Source: Octopus sinensis (taxonomy: Eukaryota). Taken from it: 64,000 nucleotides of DNA. A program made the position numbers and the translations under genes. Position 1 is the stretch's first letter, and each line of letters begins with the position of its first letter. The stretch covers positions 18,166,001-18,230,000 of the forward strand of contig NC_043016.1 of assembly GCF_006345805.1 (NCBI RefSeq), written 5' to 3'. Below, in pieces: positions 35,381-49,414 of the stretch. A model generated the notes under the pieces. It made no database searches. It was not told where the DNA came from and was given only the letters and a program-made list of their open reading frames with translations.

Positions 35381-36379
35381 ATCTTCCATTATTTATGCTG
35401 TTTGGTACATTGTTAAGCTAACAATAATAACTTTACACTGATTCCTTGTGTGCACGTCTGCTCTGCCACCCTGGTTGGCAGTTAAACACATCCTTTTTAC
35501 AGTAGAATCACAGCAGTGTAGTCAAAACCATGTCATTATTTCCCTTGTTTATACATATTATTTCACCTAATTTCCAAATTATTACAGGAAAACTGTTGCT
35601 AATTATTGTGATAGTTAATGCTTATGCTAATTATTTTGATTTTTTTTTTTTTTTTTTGCTATTAGTTCTGCTTCTGGTCCTAATAATATTCATCTGGTTC
35701 ATCTTTATTATTTTATTTAATCGCTGTTATTATATTTCTTGTTTTTTTTGTTTCCTTTGGCTGTATGGTCAGAAGCTTGCTTCCACCACATTGTTCTGGG
35801 TTCATTCTCACTGAATGGCACATCGGCCAAGTGTCTTCTGCTATAATTTCAGAAAGGCCTTTGGGAATGGATATGGTAGACAGAAACTGAAAGAAGCCAG
35901 TCATGTATGTGTGTGTGTGTGTCCTTCACCACCACTTAGCAACCAGTGTTGGTGTGTTTACATCCCTATAGGTTAATGTTTTTGCAAAAGCGACCAAAGA
36001 AATAAGAATTAGGCTTAAAAAAATCAAGAAAGATAAGTACTTGGGTCAATTCATTTGGCTAAAAGTTTCTGAAGGTGGTACCCCAGCATGGCCGAAGTCT
36101 AATGACTGAAACAAGTAAAAGAAAAGATAAAAGATAGTATATGCTGAATAATGCTTGAAAAATTCTTTATAAAAAAAGATAACAACAAACAAAGAAACAA
36201 AGAAAAACAACAACTGAACATCGGACATTCCAATAGTTGTTGAGACAGTGGTATTTTGGTTGGGGTTGGTTTTGGAAGTAAGAAGGAGATGGTAGGATCT
36301 GTGAAATGTTTGTACACCTGCCAGGTAATCTGTTTAAGCCTTTAGCATTCAGATTATTCTGTCTAATGTAATCATTATT

Positions 36380-36593
36380 TACTCTTTTACTCTTTTACTT
36401 GTTTCAGTCATTTGACTGTGGCCATGCAGGAGCATCACCTTTTAGTCGAGCAAAACAACCTCAGGATTTATTCTTTGAAAGTCTAGTACTTATTCTATAA
36501 GTCTCTTTTGCCAAACTGCTAAGTTACGGGGATGTAAACACACCAGCATCAGTTGTCAAGCGATGTTGGGGGGACAAACAGACACACAAACAT

Positions 36594-36656
<63 letters not shown>

Positions 36657-36830
36657 CACATATATACGACAGGCTTCTTTCAGTTTCCATCTACTAAATC
36701 CACTCACACGGCTTTGGTTGGCCCTAGGCTATAGTAGAAGACACTTGCCCAAGGTGCCATGCAGTGGGACTGAATCTGGAATCATGTGGTTCGTAAGCAA
36801 GCTACTTACCACACAGCTGCTCCTATGCCT
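36380..36830 (-). mobile_element. SINE family A
   Basis: Full copy with internal (CA)n. Confidence 0.85.
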
Positions 36831-37060
36831 AGGTGAATTTATTCACATTGTTTGAAATTAAACAATCATTATCTTTTTGCATTGAGAGTTTCATGATAAG
36901 CTTGTTTATTCTTTCATTCTTTCATTCTTTTATTCTTTTATAAATCGACTCCAGAATGTATTCTTTGTTAGCCTGGTAATTATTCTATCAGTCTCTTTTG
37001 CCAAACCATCAAATGACATGGACATAAACACACCAACATCAGTTGTCAAGCAAACACAAA

Positions 37061-37096
<36 letters not shown>

Positions 37097-37175
37097 ATGT
37101 AATTACATGTGGATCATTGGTGATTTTTTTTCCTCCGTCTTCCTTTTCTCTTGGACTTTCCTCTCTCTCCTCCAT

Positions 37176-37202
37176 CTGAAGAAGAGCTTTGCTCGAAATG
37201 TA
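37176..37202 (+). ncRNA. Degenerate minimal hammerhead ribozyme core (Penelope-type remnant)
   Basis: CTGAAGA, stem II GAGC-TTT-GCTC, GAAA, TGTA; stems I and III not supported. Confidence 0.4.
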
Positions 37203-37299
37203 AAAAAACTACCTTTATTTCTTTCTTGAGTGCTTGCCAACTTTGCATGTATGATGATGATGATGGTGATGGTGGTGGCGGCAGTGGTAGCGATGAATG

Positions 37300-37770
<471 letters not shown>

Positions 37771-38314
37771 ATGTATATATATGTATAAGAGTTTACAAAC
37801 AAAATTATTTATGAAAAAATCTGTCAAGTTTACAAAAACCACTTTTGGTATGACTTTTTCAAAGATCAGCTCCTTGCAGCAGCTGAAACAATAACACCAT
37901 TAGATTGCTGACATTTAATGAACGGTTAATGTGGTATGGTTATTAAGAGTAAATTGATACTAGATTCATATTAAACACTCATAACCACCACACTTATTAG
38001 CTGAATGCTCCTAAGACTAATTGCCATAGAAAGCAATTTATCTATTTCCTGTACACGGACACACATACATACATACATACATACATACATACATACATAC
38101 GCACATACATACATATGTACATACATACATAGATGGTGGCATGGTTGAGTCATAAGAGGTTTGCTTTTCAAAGGCGTGATTCCAGGTTCAGTCCATCTGT
38201 GTGGCACCTTGGGCAAATGTCTTCTACGATAGCCCCAAGTAAACCAAAGTCTTGAGTGGCTTTAGTAGATGGAAACTGTAAGAATCCCTTTGTATGTGCA
38301 TATGAGTGTATATT

Positions 38315-38369
<55 letters not shown>

Positions 38370-38392
38370 TAGATAGATAGATAGACATACAA

Positions 38393-38760
38393 TCTCTCTA
38401 TATATAAACGGCAGTTTGTCTGTGTGTGTTTCTGTGTGTCTGTTTGCTTGTACCCTCACCCTGACCATGGCTTTCAACCGATTTTGATGAAACTTGACAC
38501 ACACATAGCCCAATGTCATAATTCAAAACTAACGCAGCGAAAATTTTGAAAAGTTCCCCCAGTTCTGAAAAAAATCGATAAATTCGACATGGGGTCGAGA
38601 ATCAGAAACACAAACAACAGACTGTCTAGGGGACGCAACTCGACCTTTAACTAAAAAAAAATTTACCATCATTTTTTTTCCATTTTTTGGCTATAACTCT
38701 CTAAAAATGCTTTATAGTTATTTCCCTTACAAACCCGAGCAACGCCGGGCGATACTGCTA

Positions 38761-38761
<1 letters not shown>
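38393..38761 (+). mobile_element. Non-autonomous Helitron
   Basis: 5' TC, 3' CTAG, subterminal GC-rich hairpin CCCGAGCAACGCCGGG, inserted between A and T with no TSD. Confidence 0.85.
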
Positions 38762-38821
<60 letters not shown>

Positions 38822-38865
38822 GATAAATACATACATACATACATATATATATATATATATGTATG

Positions 38866-38903
<38 letters not shown>

Positions 38904-39623
38904 ATATATATATATATTACTGTTAACAAAATTCGGGATGCATGGCATTCAGTTAATCTCTCTTTCTGCCGCTCTGTCTCTCTCCCTCTCTCTCATCCTC
39001 CTTCCCCTCTATCTGCAGCCCACATGTGGCTCATGACTAATTTTCCCTTTTCGCCACCGGATACCTAACCTGCCGGTTAACATTTTCTCCTCTCTTACTT
39101 TTTCTCTCTTTTTTTACATCCATTGAGGATTTCTTCTAGGTACTACTCATCATTCTCATGTTTGGCCAAAAGGCCTTATATATTGTTTTCATCTAGCATT
39201 TCAAATTAAATTTGTTTGCTTTTGTATGTCCATCCCATATTGTCTTGTTTGCTCAAGCCCTAATTCTAATTCTACGCATGAAACTGGGTATTAGTCTTTT
39301 CAGTCAATACCTAATGAAGAATTAGGATCCTTCTGTGTCTGTCCTACATGTATGTTTTGTAGTATTTCATGCATTTTTCAATATCATATCTATATGTTTA
39401 TATGATGTATGTGTCATCATCATTTCATATCTACTTTCCATGCCGGCATAAGTTAGACAGTTTGATTGAAGCTAGTAAACCAGGGGCTACACCAGGTTCC
39501 AGTCTGATTTGGCATGGTCTCTATGGTTGGATGCTATTCCTGACACCAACCATTCTAAGAGTGCAATGGATGCTTTTACATGCCTCCAGCTTGGGTGCCA
39601 TCTACATAGCACTGGCAACAACT

Positions 39624-39670
<47 letters not shown>

Positions 39671-39875
39671 TATATTATGTATGTATATGTATATGTATGC
39701 ATATATATGAACAATATATATATATGCATATATATGAACATATATATATATGCATATATATATAAGAAATTAAAGAAGGAAAATGCACACACTTACATGG
39801 TTTTAATATAGTTTTAATAATATTTATATTGTGCTTGTCAACCGGTTTTGCTTTTGCTAATCATACCATTAAAAT

Positions 39876-39925
<50 letters not shown>

Positions 39926-39927
39926 TA

Positions 39928-40450
39928 TACATTGAGTCATCCCATAGATAATGCAGTTTTTTTCAATTGCATGAACTAAAAGCCAGAGGGGGACGCAAAA
40001 ACTACCTGCAACAATTTGCTATAAAAGCAGGGGTATTAATTTTACCTAGTCTTTATTCTTAGTGCAAGTTTTTAAGAGTGCAGTTTGATTTTAACAGTTA
40101 TTTTCCCAAAGCTATAATGGAAGTGACAAAGGAGCATATTCGGCATATTTTGCTTTATGAGGTCAATAAAGGTAATAACACAATAGAAAAGGCAAGGGAT
40201 ATTAATGCAGTATATGGGGATTGAACAGTAAGCATATGCCAATGTCTGCAGTGATTCTGGAAATTCGAAGTCAGAAACTATAGCCTAGAAGACAAGCCTC
40301 ATCCTTGAAGATCCATTATAACTGTTGATGAACTAGCAGAGAAGCTTGGATTTAGTCATTCAATCATTCATTGACACCTGTGTGCCATCGAAAAAGTCAG
40401 AAAATTGAGTCAATGTCTTCCTTACAAACTTTCTGAGTGGAAGCAATAAC
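39928..40450 (+). pseudogene. mariner 5' end and N-terminal transposase remnant
   Basis: MEVTKEHIRHILLYEVNKGNN..INAVYGD..SLEDKP from ~40137, a typical mariner HTH N-terminus, with stops. Confidence 0.8.
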
Positions 40451-41119
40451 TATTGCTTCCACCCTGGAGTCACCGACAAGAAACTTGCTGGGAATGAGAC
40501 CTAAACATAACAAAATGAAATGGGCTTGAGATGAGACCATAAGTGGACAGATATGGATGGGGGTCCTTTCCCTTGGATAACATCAGTGGCATGGAGAGGG
40601 GAGGCTGGTATGCATGGGCAACTGCTGGTCTTTCATAATTAACCATGTGCCTTGGAGGGGAACTTTCTAGGTGCAATCCTGTGGTCATTCATTACCAAAG
40701 AGGATCTTTCCTTTTTCCTCAATCTGTAGAGTACTCAGCCACTTGCACATTAATTTCATGAAGAGGCTGTATTGTTAATTGGATCAACTGGAACCACTCG
40801 CGTAGCTAGAGTGTGTGCTGCCTGGGATGATCCTTCCGTTTGCTGACCCCAGACCCCACAAAAAACATATATTGCCTACAGCAGACCCAAAAGTGCCTAG
40901 TATTTATTCTATCAGTCTCTTTTGCCAAACCACTAAGTTATAGGGGATGTAAACACACTAACATTGTAAACACACCAGCATTGGGGATGTAAACACAGAC
41001 ACAAAGAGATACACACACAAGCTTGAATATATATATACATACATATACACATATATATATACATATACATAGGCATATATGTGTGTGAGTGTGTGTGTGT
41101 GTGTATCTGTGTGTGTTGC

Positions 41120-41540
41120 ATATGGATGAGGACAGCTCATCCATATGTGAAAAAGTGTCACATCCTAACAGTGGAAGGAACCCATGGAAGAAGTAGACCC
41201 AGGAAGACCTAGGATGAAGTGGTGAAGCACGACCTTCAAACATTGGGCCTCACAGAGGCAATGACAAGTGACTGAAACCTTTGGCGATATGTTGTGCATG
41301 AGAGGACCTGGCAAGCCAAGTGAGACCATAACCTTGGCTTATACCAGTGTCACATAACTAGCCCATTGGGCAATAAACTATGCTTGAGAAGACTTGTTGA
41401 GTCAAGTGAAATCATTGTCATTGCTGATGCTAATACGGCATGACTAGCACCTGTGCTGGTGGCATGTAAAAAGCACCATTGGAGAGTGGTCAATACCAGT
41501 CCCTCTAGACTGGTTCCCATGCAGGTGGCATGTAAAATGT
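41120..41540 (+). mobile_element. Diverged RTE 3' fragment
   Basis: MDEDSSSICEKVSHP..GTHGRSRPRKT, UTR, two array units. Confidence 0.8.
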
Positions 41541-41714
41541 ACATATGTGTGTGTGTGTGTGTGTGTGTGTACGTGTGTGACAAGCTCCTTTCAGTTTCTC
41601 TCTACCAAATCCACTCACAAGCTTTTGGTTGGCCTGAGGCTATAGTAGAAGAGACTTGTCCAAGGTTCCATGCAGTGGGACAGAACCTAAAACCATTTGG
41701 TTGGGAAGCAAGTT

Positions 41715-41950
41715 TCTTATTTCTTTATTATCCACAAGGGGCTAAACATAGAAGGACAAACAAGGACAGACAAAGGGATTAAGTCAATTACATCGACCCT
41801 AGTGCGTAACTGGTACTTAATTTATCGATCCGGAAAGGACGAAAGGCAAAGTCGACCTCGGCGGAATTTGAACTCAGAACATAATGGCAGACGAAATACT
41901 GCTAAGCATTTCACCGGGCGTGCTAATGTTTCTGCCAGCTCGCCGCCGGT
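41715..41950 (-). mobile_element. SINE family B
   Basis: Full copy on the minus strand. Confidence 0.85.
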
Positions 41951-41998
41951 TGGGAACCAAGTTTCTTACCACACAGCCATGCCTGTGCCGATATATAG

Positions 41999-42055
<57 letters not shown>

Positions 42056-42058
<3 letters not shown>

Positions 42059-42439
42059 GAAAAAAAAATGCTTTCTAATTGATGTATCAATACTGGCAGA
42101 TGACAACGTGTCTCTAAAAGAAATGGAGAAACTTTCAAAATACAAAGACCTGGAAATAGAGGTAACCAGAATGTGGAATCTGAAAACAGAAACAATTCCT
42201 ATCATAGTAGGTGCATTAGGCACGATAAAAAAAATATCAGACAAATACATAACAAAAACACAGGACTTACAAACACATATAACATACAGAAAATTGCACT
42301 ACTAGGCACTGCACACATCCTACGCAGAGCACTTCCATACAATAACCATCAGAGCATCACAACAAATCACAGGCACATACCCAGGCACACAGAGTTGCGC
42401 TCGGTAGTGAAGTGAAAGCACGCTATAAAAATAAAACTA

Positions 42440-42442
<3 letters not shown>
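42056..42442 (+). mobile_element. 5'-truncated R4/Dong-like LINE inside an (AAT)n array
   Basis: LIDVSILADDNVSLKEMEKLSKYKDLEIEVTRMWNLKTETIPIIVGALG (RLE C-terminus), short UTR, (AAT)n on both sides. Confidence 0.85.
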
Positions 42443-42511
<69 letters not shown>

Positions 42512-42927
42512 GAGTCCTATATATATGCATGACCAGCCTGTTCAACTCTCAAAAGAAAATTTTATGGTCCTCATATAAACAACACTCTTTATTTGAAAAT
42601 AACAAAGTAAAGACACTATAGAATTTTAGCATACATAGAGATAGCGCACAATAAGAGGGCATATAGTAACATATATTCATACAGCAGATGACATGATAAG
42701 ACTGACATAATTTTCTACAATAAAACTGACAATTGTGCAGTGTTTATCGACATAAGAAATGTGCAGAAGCAATCTGGGAGGCCATGAAATTGCAACAAAC
42801 AGGTTGTTGAATTTAAAATATTATACTTTCTTTTATCCTTTTTGTTGGTATTGGTGTTGGTGTTATTAATGTTTATCTCTCGGTATATCCTGATTCAGTA
42901 AGCATATACCCTGGGACACAAGTTGCA

Positions 42928-43161
42928 CTGGATTAACCATTAAGCAAAAATAAGCATTTTCTTATGGCATCAAGGGAGGGTGGTGGGACAGCACAAAAAT
43001 GGTAAATGGTCTACAGCACAAAAGAAATCCAAGTTAAACTTGCTGAAATAATCTTCAAATTGTTTATATGATCTGAAATATAATTTGAAAGTGTTCGTGG
43101 TGTCATAGTGAAGATCTGATGCCATAAGAAAATGCTTATTTTTGCTTAATGGTTAATCCAG
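42928..43161. mobile_element. MITE with perfect 45-bp inverted repeats
   Basis: 42928-42972 is the exact reverse complement of 43117-43161. Confidence 0.8.
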
Positions 43162-43864
43162 CAATTCTGGTCTATGTTTACAATGAACCTTCATTCTTAA
43201 AAATACAACAGGTGGTGAAACAACTATCACCCCTTCACAAGACTTTGCAATTAAACAGAAAGTAGGAGAAAACTTTTCAAATATAAATAAAGTGAAAGTA
43301 TACAAAAAAAAAAAAAAGTGAAGCCAACAGCTCTCAAAAATTAAGTAAAAGACTGGAAAAATAATCCAGAATCTTTGCCCAATATCAGATTGATTCCAAA
43401 ATCTAATCAGTTTGTGCCAGTCACAAGGCCAAACATTAATGAAAGTTTCATCCAAATCTATCAGGCGGTTCTTGAGATATCATGTCCATGGATAAACAAA
43501 CCAACAAATGGCTGAAAACAAGGTGGAGGCAACATTATTTTCCATCTTACTGTTAGTTTTGCTTCATTTTCAAAAAAATAAATTATTTTATGGTTTTTAT
43601 GCTTATATTTTGAATTACATACATATGGGAGCACCAAAAGGTTTTAAGTGCTTAGGGCCTCCATGGGTCTTAGTCTTTGCCCTGGACACAAGTGTATGGG
43701 CAAAGGTATATCTGACAGCAATTTCGGTCTATGTTTACAATGAACCTTCATTCTTAAAAGTACAGTGGGTGGTGAAACAGCTATTATCCCCTTTTGATTG
43801 GAAAAAATTCTCTGGAAAATTCGTAGAGTGTTTTTTCTTTGATGGTAATTCACCATCATAATTT

Positions 43865-44870
43865 TTAAACAGGTCAGTAAGGTGAGAGTTGGCCATGAAT
43901 ACAGTGATGAATTTAGCATTCAGGTAGGGGTTCACCAGGGCTCAGTTCTCAACCCACTCTTATTGTCTTCCAGGCCATAACAAAGGGATTCAAAACTGGG
44001 TGCCCATGGGAACTACTATATACTGATGACCTTGCTCTTATTGCAGAATCTTTAGTAGAATTAGAGAAGAAATTCCTGGTACGGAAACAAAACCAGGAAT
44101 CAGAGGGCCTTAAAGTTAACCTAGCTAAGACAAAAGTGGTTGGTAGTAAGAAAGAAGATAAAATTTTCTTTCCGTCAGGTAAATGGCCCTGCTTAATATG
44201 TAGGAAAAGAGTTGGATGAAATTCCATTCACTGCACCCAGCATAAACTATGGACACATAAGAGGTGCAGTGGTAACACAGGTAGATTAACAGATAGAGTC
44301 GTCTTTGTAATTGGCACTAAGAGCACAGGAATTAAATTCTCTCAAATGCCAAGGAGGCTCTCTTGAAGTCGTAGATAGTTTCTGTTACCTAGGTGACCAA
44401 ATTAGCCATGGTGGAGGATGCTCTGAAAGTATTGTTTCTAGAATAAGAATTGGGTGGAGTAAGTTCAGAGATCTGCTACTTCTGTTGGCAACTAAAAGCC
44501 TCTCCCTCAGAATGAAAAGCAGACTATATCATGCTTGTGTATGAATGGCTATAATCTATGGTAATGAGATGTGGGCTATGAATGCTGAAGTCATGTGTAG
44601 ACTAGAGAGAAATGAAGTAGTATACTCTGTTGGATGTGTAACATGAAAGAAAGACTATGTTGTTGGACATGTGATGTGCATGAATGAGGACAGATGCATA
44701 AAGAAGTACCGATCACTGAAAGTGGATGGTACCTGTGGAAGAGGGACACCCAGGAAGACATGGGCTGAAGTGGTATGGGCCTCACAGAGGAAATGACAAT
44801 GGACCAAGATGTCTGGCGATATGAAGTTCTTGAGATGACTCACCCACATCAATGAAACTGAGTTCTAGAA
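43865..44870 (+). pseudogene. Degenerate RTE LINE (RT C-terminus, PHD region, 3' end)
   Basis: VHQGSVL, TGCPWELLYTDDL, GKWPCLICRK..LWTHKRC, FCYLGDQ, GRGTPRKTW with stops. Confidence 0.9.
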
Positions 44871-45574
44871 GTGCTGTGTGTCCCACCCACACATAACAAG
44901 AAAACTTCTCACACACTCTAACACAATGAACCAAACTATATCTCTACATTTCTTCTCTTCCTCACATTTCCACATCATGTACTATGCTAATTTCCCACTC
45001 TCCAATCTTGTCCTATTGGCCCTGTGCCATTGTATCATTGTTCTCTGCTTGCCCCCGACCTGTGCATTCTACACACATTCCTTGTCTCATTCTATTATTG
45101 CCATCTGCGGCTCCCACCTGGGTGTCCCACCCTCACACATAACAAAAAACTTTTTCTTCACCCTACCCCAACAAACCAATCTACATTTCCTCTTTCTCAC
45201 ATTTCCTCCTTCATTCAATATGCCAAGCTCTCACACCCTTATTCCTCTGTACCATTGCTACATGGTAGCCCATCCAACTCTCTATATATACCTAGGTCTT
45301 TTGCCACTTACTCACACTTTTTAATTGCACTCTCTTTACAATATCCTGTCACTTATAATATTGGATTTGAACCTCAAGGTTTCTATGGCCGGATGGCTTC
45401 CCTACAGTCATCCACTTTACAGAGTGTACTGGATGTGTTTTGTTTTTTTACATGGCACAATACAAAATGAAATAAATTTTTAAAGGCTTTTAGTTAAACA
45501 ATACCAAAAGATTATTTATAAAGCCTTCACTGAGAAAGCCATCCTAAATCAAAATAATCTATCCAATTTAAAAG

Positions 45575-46002
45575 TACTGTTTTACTGTTTACTGTTTGCT
45601 GTTTTACTTGTTTCAGTCATTTGACTGCGGCCATGCTGGAGCACCGCCTTTAGTCGAGCAAATCGACCCCGGAACTTATTCTTTGTAAGCCCAGTACTTA
45701 TTCTATCGGTCTCTTTTGCCGAACAGCTAAGTGACGAGGACGTAAACACACCAGCATCGGTTGTCAAGCAATGCTAGGGGGACAAACACACAGACACACA
45801 AACACACACACACACACACATATATATATACATATATACGACAGGCTTCTTTCAGTTTCCGTCTACCAAATCCACTCACAAGGCATTGGTTGGCCCGGGG
45901 CTATAGCAGAAGACACTTGCCCAAGATGCCACGCAGTGGGACTGAACCCGGAACCATGTGGTTGGTTAGCAAGCTACTTACCACACAGCCACTCCTGCGT
46001 CC
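45575..46002 (-). mobile_element. SINE family A, full length
   Basis: Near-identical to 25920-26325 and 62475-62878. Confidence 0.9.
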
Positions 46003-46079
46003 TGTTAATATAATTATTCATTTTCCTAAAAATGAAGATAGAGGTAAAATTAAAAACTTTCTGAGTTCTTTCAATGATT

Positions 46080-46490
46080 ACTCCTTTACTCTTTTACTGG
46101 TTTCAGTCATTTGACTGTGGCCATGCTGGAGCACCACCTCTAGTCGAGGAAATCCACCCCAGGACTTATTCTTTGTAAGCTTAGTATTTATTCTATCGTT
46201 CGCTTTTGCTGAACCGCTAGGTTACAGGGATGTAAACACACCACCATTGGTTGTCGAACGATGTTGGGTGGGGGAACAAACACAAATACTCAAACACACA
46301 CATATATACATATACATATATACCACAGGCTTCTTTCAGTTTCCATCTACCAAATTCACTCACAAGGCTTTGGTTGGCCTGAGGCTATAGTAGAAGACAC
46401 TTGCCTAAGGGGCCACACAGTGGGACTGAACCCGAAACCATGTGGTTGGTAAGCAAGCTACTTACCACACAGCCACTCCTGCACCTGATT
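46080..46490 (-). mobile_element. SINE family A
   Basis: Full copy. Confidence 0.85.
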
Positions 46491-46876
46491 CTTTACATTT
46501 AAACTGAATATATTTTATCTCAAAAGTAGCATTTTAAATGAATAAACAAAATTTTACCATCTAGTTGCATGGAAGACAAAGTAGACCCTGGAGGAATTTG
46601 AACTCAGAACATAAAGAAAAGGTGAAATGCCACTGGACATTTTGTTTGGTATGCCAATGATTCTGCCAGCTTGCTGTTTTAAAAACAACAATAGCAGCAG
46701 CAGTAACAATAATATTGGCCCAGAAAGGAGAAAAGCAAAGCCAACCTCAGCAGGGTTTGAATTCAGAAGGTAAATATGGACAAAATACTATTAAACATTT
46801 TGCTAGTGTGCTAACGATTCTACTGGTTTGTTAACTTTGAAATAATAATAGCAGCAGCAGCAGCAGTAGTAGTAAT

Positions 46877-46911
<35 letters not shown>

Positions 46912-46964
46912 CAGTAGTAGTAGTAGTAGTAGTAGTAGTCGTAGTAGTAGTAGTAGTAGTAGTA

Positions 46965-47165
46965 AAGGTACAAGGCCTAAAACTTTGGGAGCGGCCAGTA
47001 GATTATGTCATCCCCAGTGTTCAACTGGTACTTGTTTTATTAACCCAGAAAGGGTGACAGGCAAAGTTGACCTTGGCAAAATTTGAACTCAGAATGTGAA
47101 GACAGATGAAATACCACTAAGCATTCTGCCTGGTAAACTAACGATTCTACCAGCTCACTGCCTTA
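46965..47165 (-). mobile_element. SINE family B (further eroded pieces at 46560-46830)
   Basis: AACTGGTAC..GGCAAAGTTGACC..TTTGAACTCAGAA. Confidence 0.7.
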
Positions 47166-47210
<45 letters not shown>

Positions 47211-47217
47211 TGGTATA

Positions 47218-47681
47218 AAAGATGGGCTACAGCAAATATTCTGCTAAATACCACAGATTTGCTTGTCAGTTGTTTGACCTTAACCAGTTGAGCATGTCCC
47301 TTAGTGGCTGACGATATGTGCACCTCTGATCACGAGCAGAAGTAGTGGGGGAGCATCATAGCCATGTGTTGAGAGGGATTCTTGAGGTTTGAATAATTCA
47401 CCTCTGGAAAAATGGGTGGTTCTTTTAACATCCTTAAACAACCCTTATTCAGGGACCTTTTGAGCGGGATGGGCTACTCACCTGACGAAAAATTCTAACT
47501 GGGCCCACCTGCAAGGTCATGTGCTGTTTATCTTGATATGAGATCACCATGTTGCGCACATATGGTTGTGATGCATGTGCCTGTGTGTACCCTTATCAGA
47601 CGGGTAGTCATGATGGGTATATTGGGCTTCGTATTATTTTACCCCAGTGTCACTTTGATGGCATGCACTGCTCTCTCACTC
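47218..47681 (+). mobile_element. ~465-bp non-coding element flanked by (AAT)n
   Basis: AAAGATGGGCTACAGC..CTGCTCTCTCACTC(AAT)n; inverted second copy at 48366-48829; strand inferred from the AAT tail. Confidence 0.8.
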
Positions 47682-47700
47682 AATAATAATAATAATAATG

Positions 47701-47740
<40 letters not shown>

Positions 47741-47741
<1 letters not shown>

Positions 47742-48272
47742 TCAAAACTGCTGACAAATGGTATAAACACCATCCTGAAGCTGTGACTGAGGGAGAAAAT
47801 GTGTCGATTTTCTGGGACTTCCTTATACATACTGACAAAACTATAAAAGCTAATAAACCGGATATTATTAAAAAGATCAGACACAAAAGGTGTGTTTATT
47901 AATTGACATGAGTATTCCTTGCGATCACAATATAGCGGCGATAGAATTTGACAAGATCAGTAAATATAAAGACTTGCTAATAGAATTGAAAAAACCTGGC
48001 ATTTCACGTGACTACAGTACCAGTGATTGTAGGATCTCTAGGAATGATAAAAAAAATTCATGTTAACTGGAATGACTCATGTACTGAAAAGAGCATTATT
48101 GCTGTGAAAACAACATCCATTCATGAATTTATTTATTCATTAATTTTTTAAATACATATTTTACCTGTGAATTTGCGTGTGTAATCTGGGAATGCATACA
48201 ATGTGCTTCTCTGCCCTAGGTGTATGGAAAACACTTGACGAGAAATGGAAGAAAATTTGAAGAAAGAAGGAA
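47741..48272 (+). mobile_element. 5'-truncated R4/Dong-like LINE inside (AAT)n
   Basis: KWYKHHPEAV..IFWDF..KANKPDII..LIDMSIP..KISKYKDL..VPVIVGSLG (PD..D/ExK nuclease); 3' UTR shared with 53180-53420. Confidence 0.85.
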
Positions 48273-48279
48273 AATAATA

Positions 48280-48316
<37 letters not shown>

Positions 48317-48365
48317 TATTATTATTATTATTATTATCATCATCATCATCATTATTATTATTATT

Positions 48366-48829
48366 GAGTGAGAGAGCAGTTCATGCCATCAAAGTGACAC
48401 TGGGGTAAAATATACGAAGCCCAATATACCCATCATGACTACCCGTCTGATAAAGGTACACCAGGCACATGCATCACAACCATATGTGCATGACATGGTG
48501 ATCTCATATCAAGATAAACAGCACATGACCTTGCAGGTGGGGCCCAGTTAGAATTTTCTTCAGGTTGAGTAGCCCATCCTGCTCAAAAGGTCTCTGAATA
48601 AGGGTTGCTTTAGGATGTTGAATGAAACACCTATGTTTCCAGAGGTGAATTATCAAACCCCAAAGAATCCCTCTCAACACATGGCCATGATGCTCCCCCA
48701 CTACTTCTGCTCGTGATCAGAGATGCACATATCGTCAGCCACTAAGGGATATGCTCAACTGGTTAAGGCCAAACAACTGACAAGCAAATCTGTGGTATTG
48801 AGCAGAATATTTGCTGTAGCCCATCTTTT
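48366..48829 (-). mobile_element. Second copy of the ~465-bp (AAT)n-flanked element
   Basis: Reverse complement of 47218-47681 with scattered substitutions. Confidence 0.8.
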
Positions 48830-48851
48830 ATTATTATTATCATTATTATTA

Positions 48852-48906
<55 letters not shown>

Positions 48907-48974
48907 CATTATTATTATTATTATTATCATTATTATCTTTCGGGTAGTCACTGAATAATGACTGATCTTATGTT

Positions 48975-49275
48975 GCTCCTCTATGAGGCACCTGCCCAGC
49001 AGGAGGCTTTCCCTTTGGGTTCCTGTTCTAGTCTAATTTACACTGTTATATTCCAGTTCCCTCATAGTAAGTTAGTGATTTTGAGGTTGCATAACCACTA
49101 GTGTTTTTATCAATGTACCATCACCAGGACAAGAAAGACTGTCACCCAAGAATGAAGAGCTCATTGTGCACCCAAGGCAAGACTATACTCATTGGATGTC
49201 AATCCAGTATTTCTAGGTCATAAATAGAATATAAGCTCAGACATGATAATGTGACCTGGATCATCCATAAAACAG
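48975..49275 (+). pseudogene. Highly eroded R4/Dong-like remnant
   Basis: AQQEA and EYKLRHDNVTWIIH motifs. Confidence 0.45.
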
Positions 49276-49414
49276 TTTTACTGGTGAGGTCATATGGTAT
49301 AACCAGAATCCGCAGAACATCAAAGAAAATACCAATGTTAAAAACCACTGGGAATTTAACTCATTAAGACCCAGGGTACTTAAATTTCTGAGTATTATTT
49401 AAAATTTTTTACAG

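Noticed and set aside
47328-47352. U1 snRNA-like words GATCACGA and GTAGTGGGGGA
   Set aside because: Spacing differs from U1, and the 5' ATACTTACCTG and Sm site are absent
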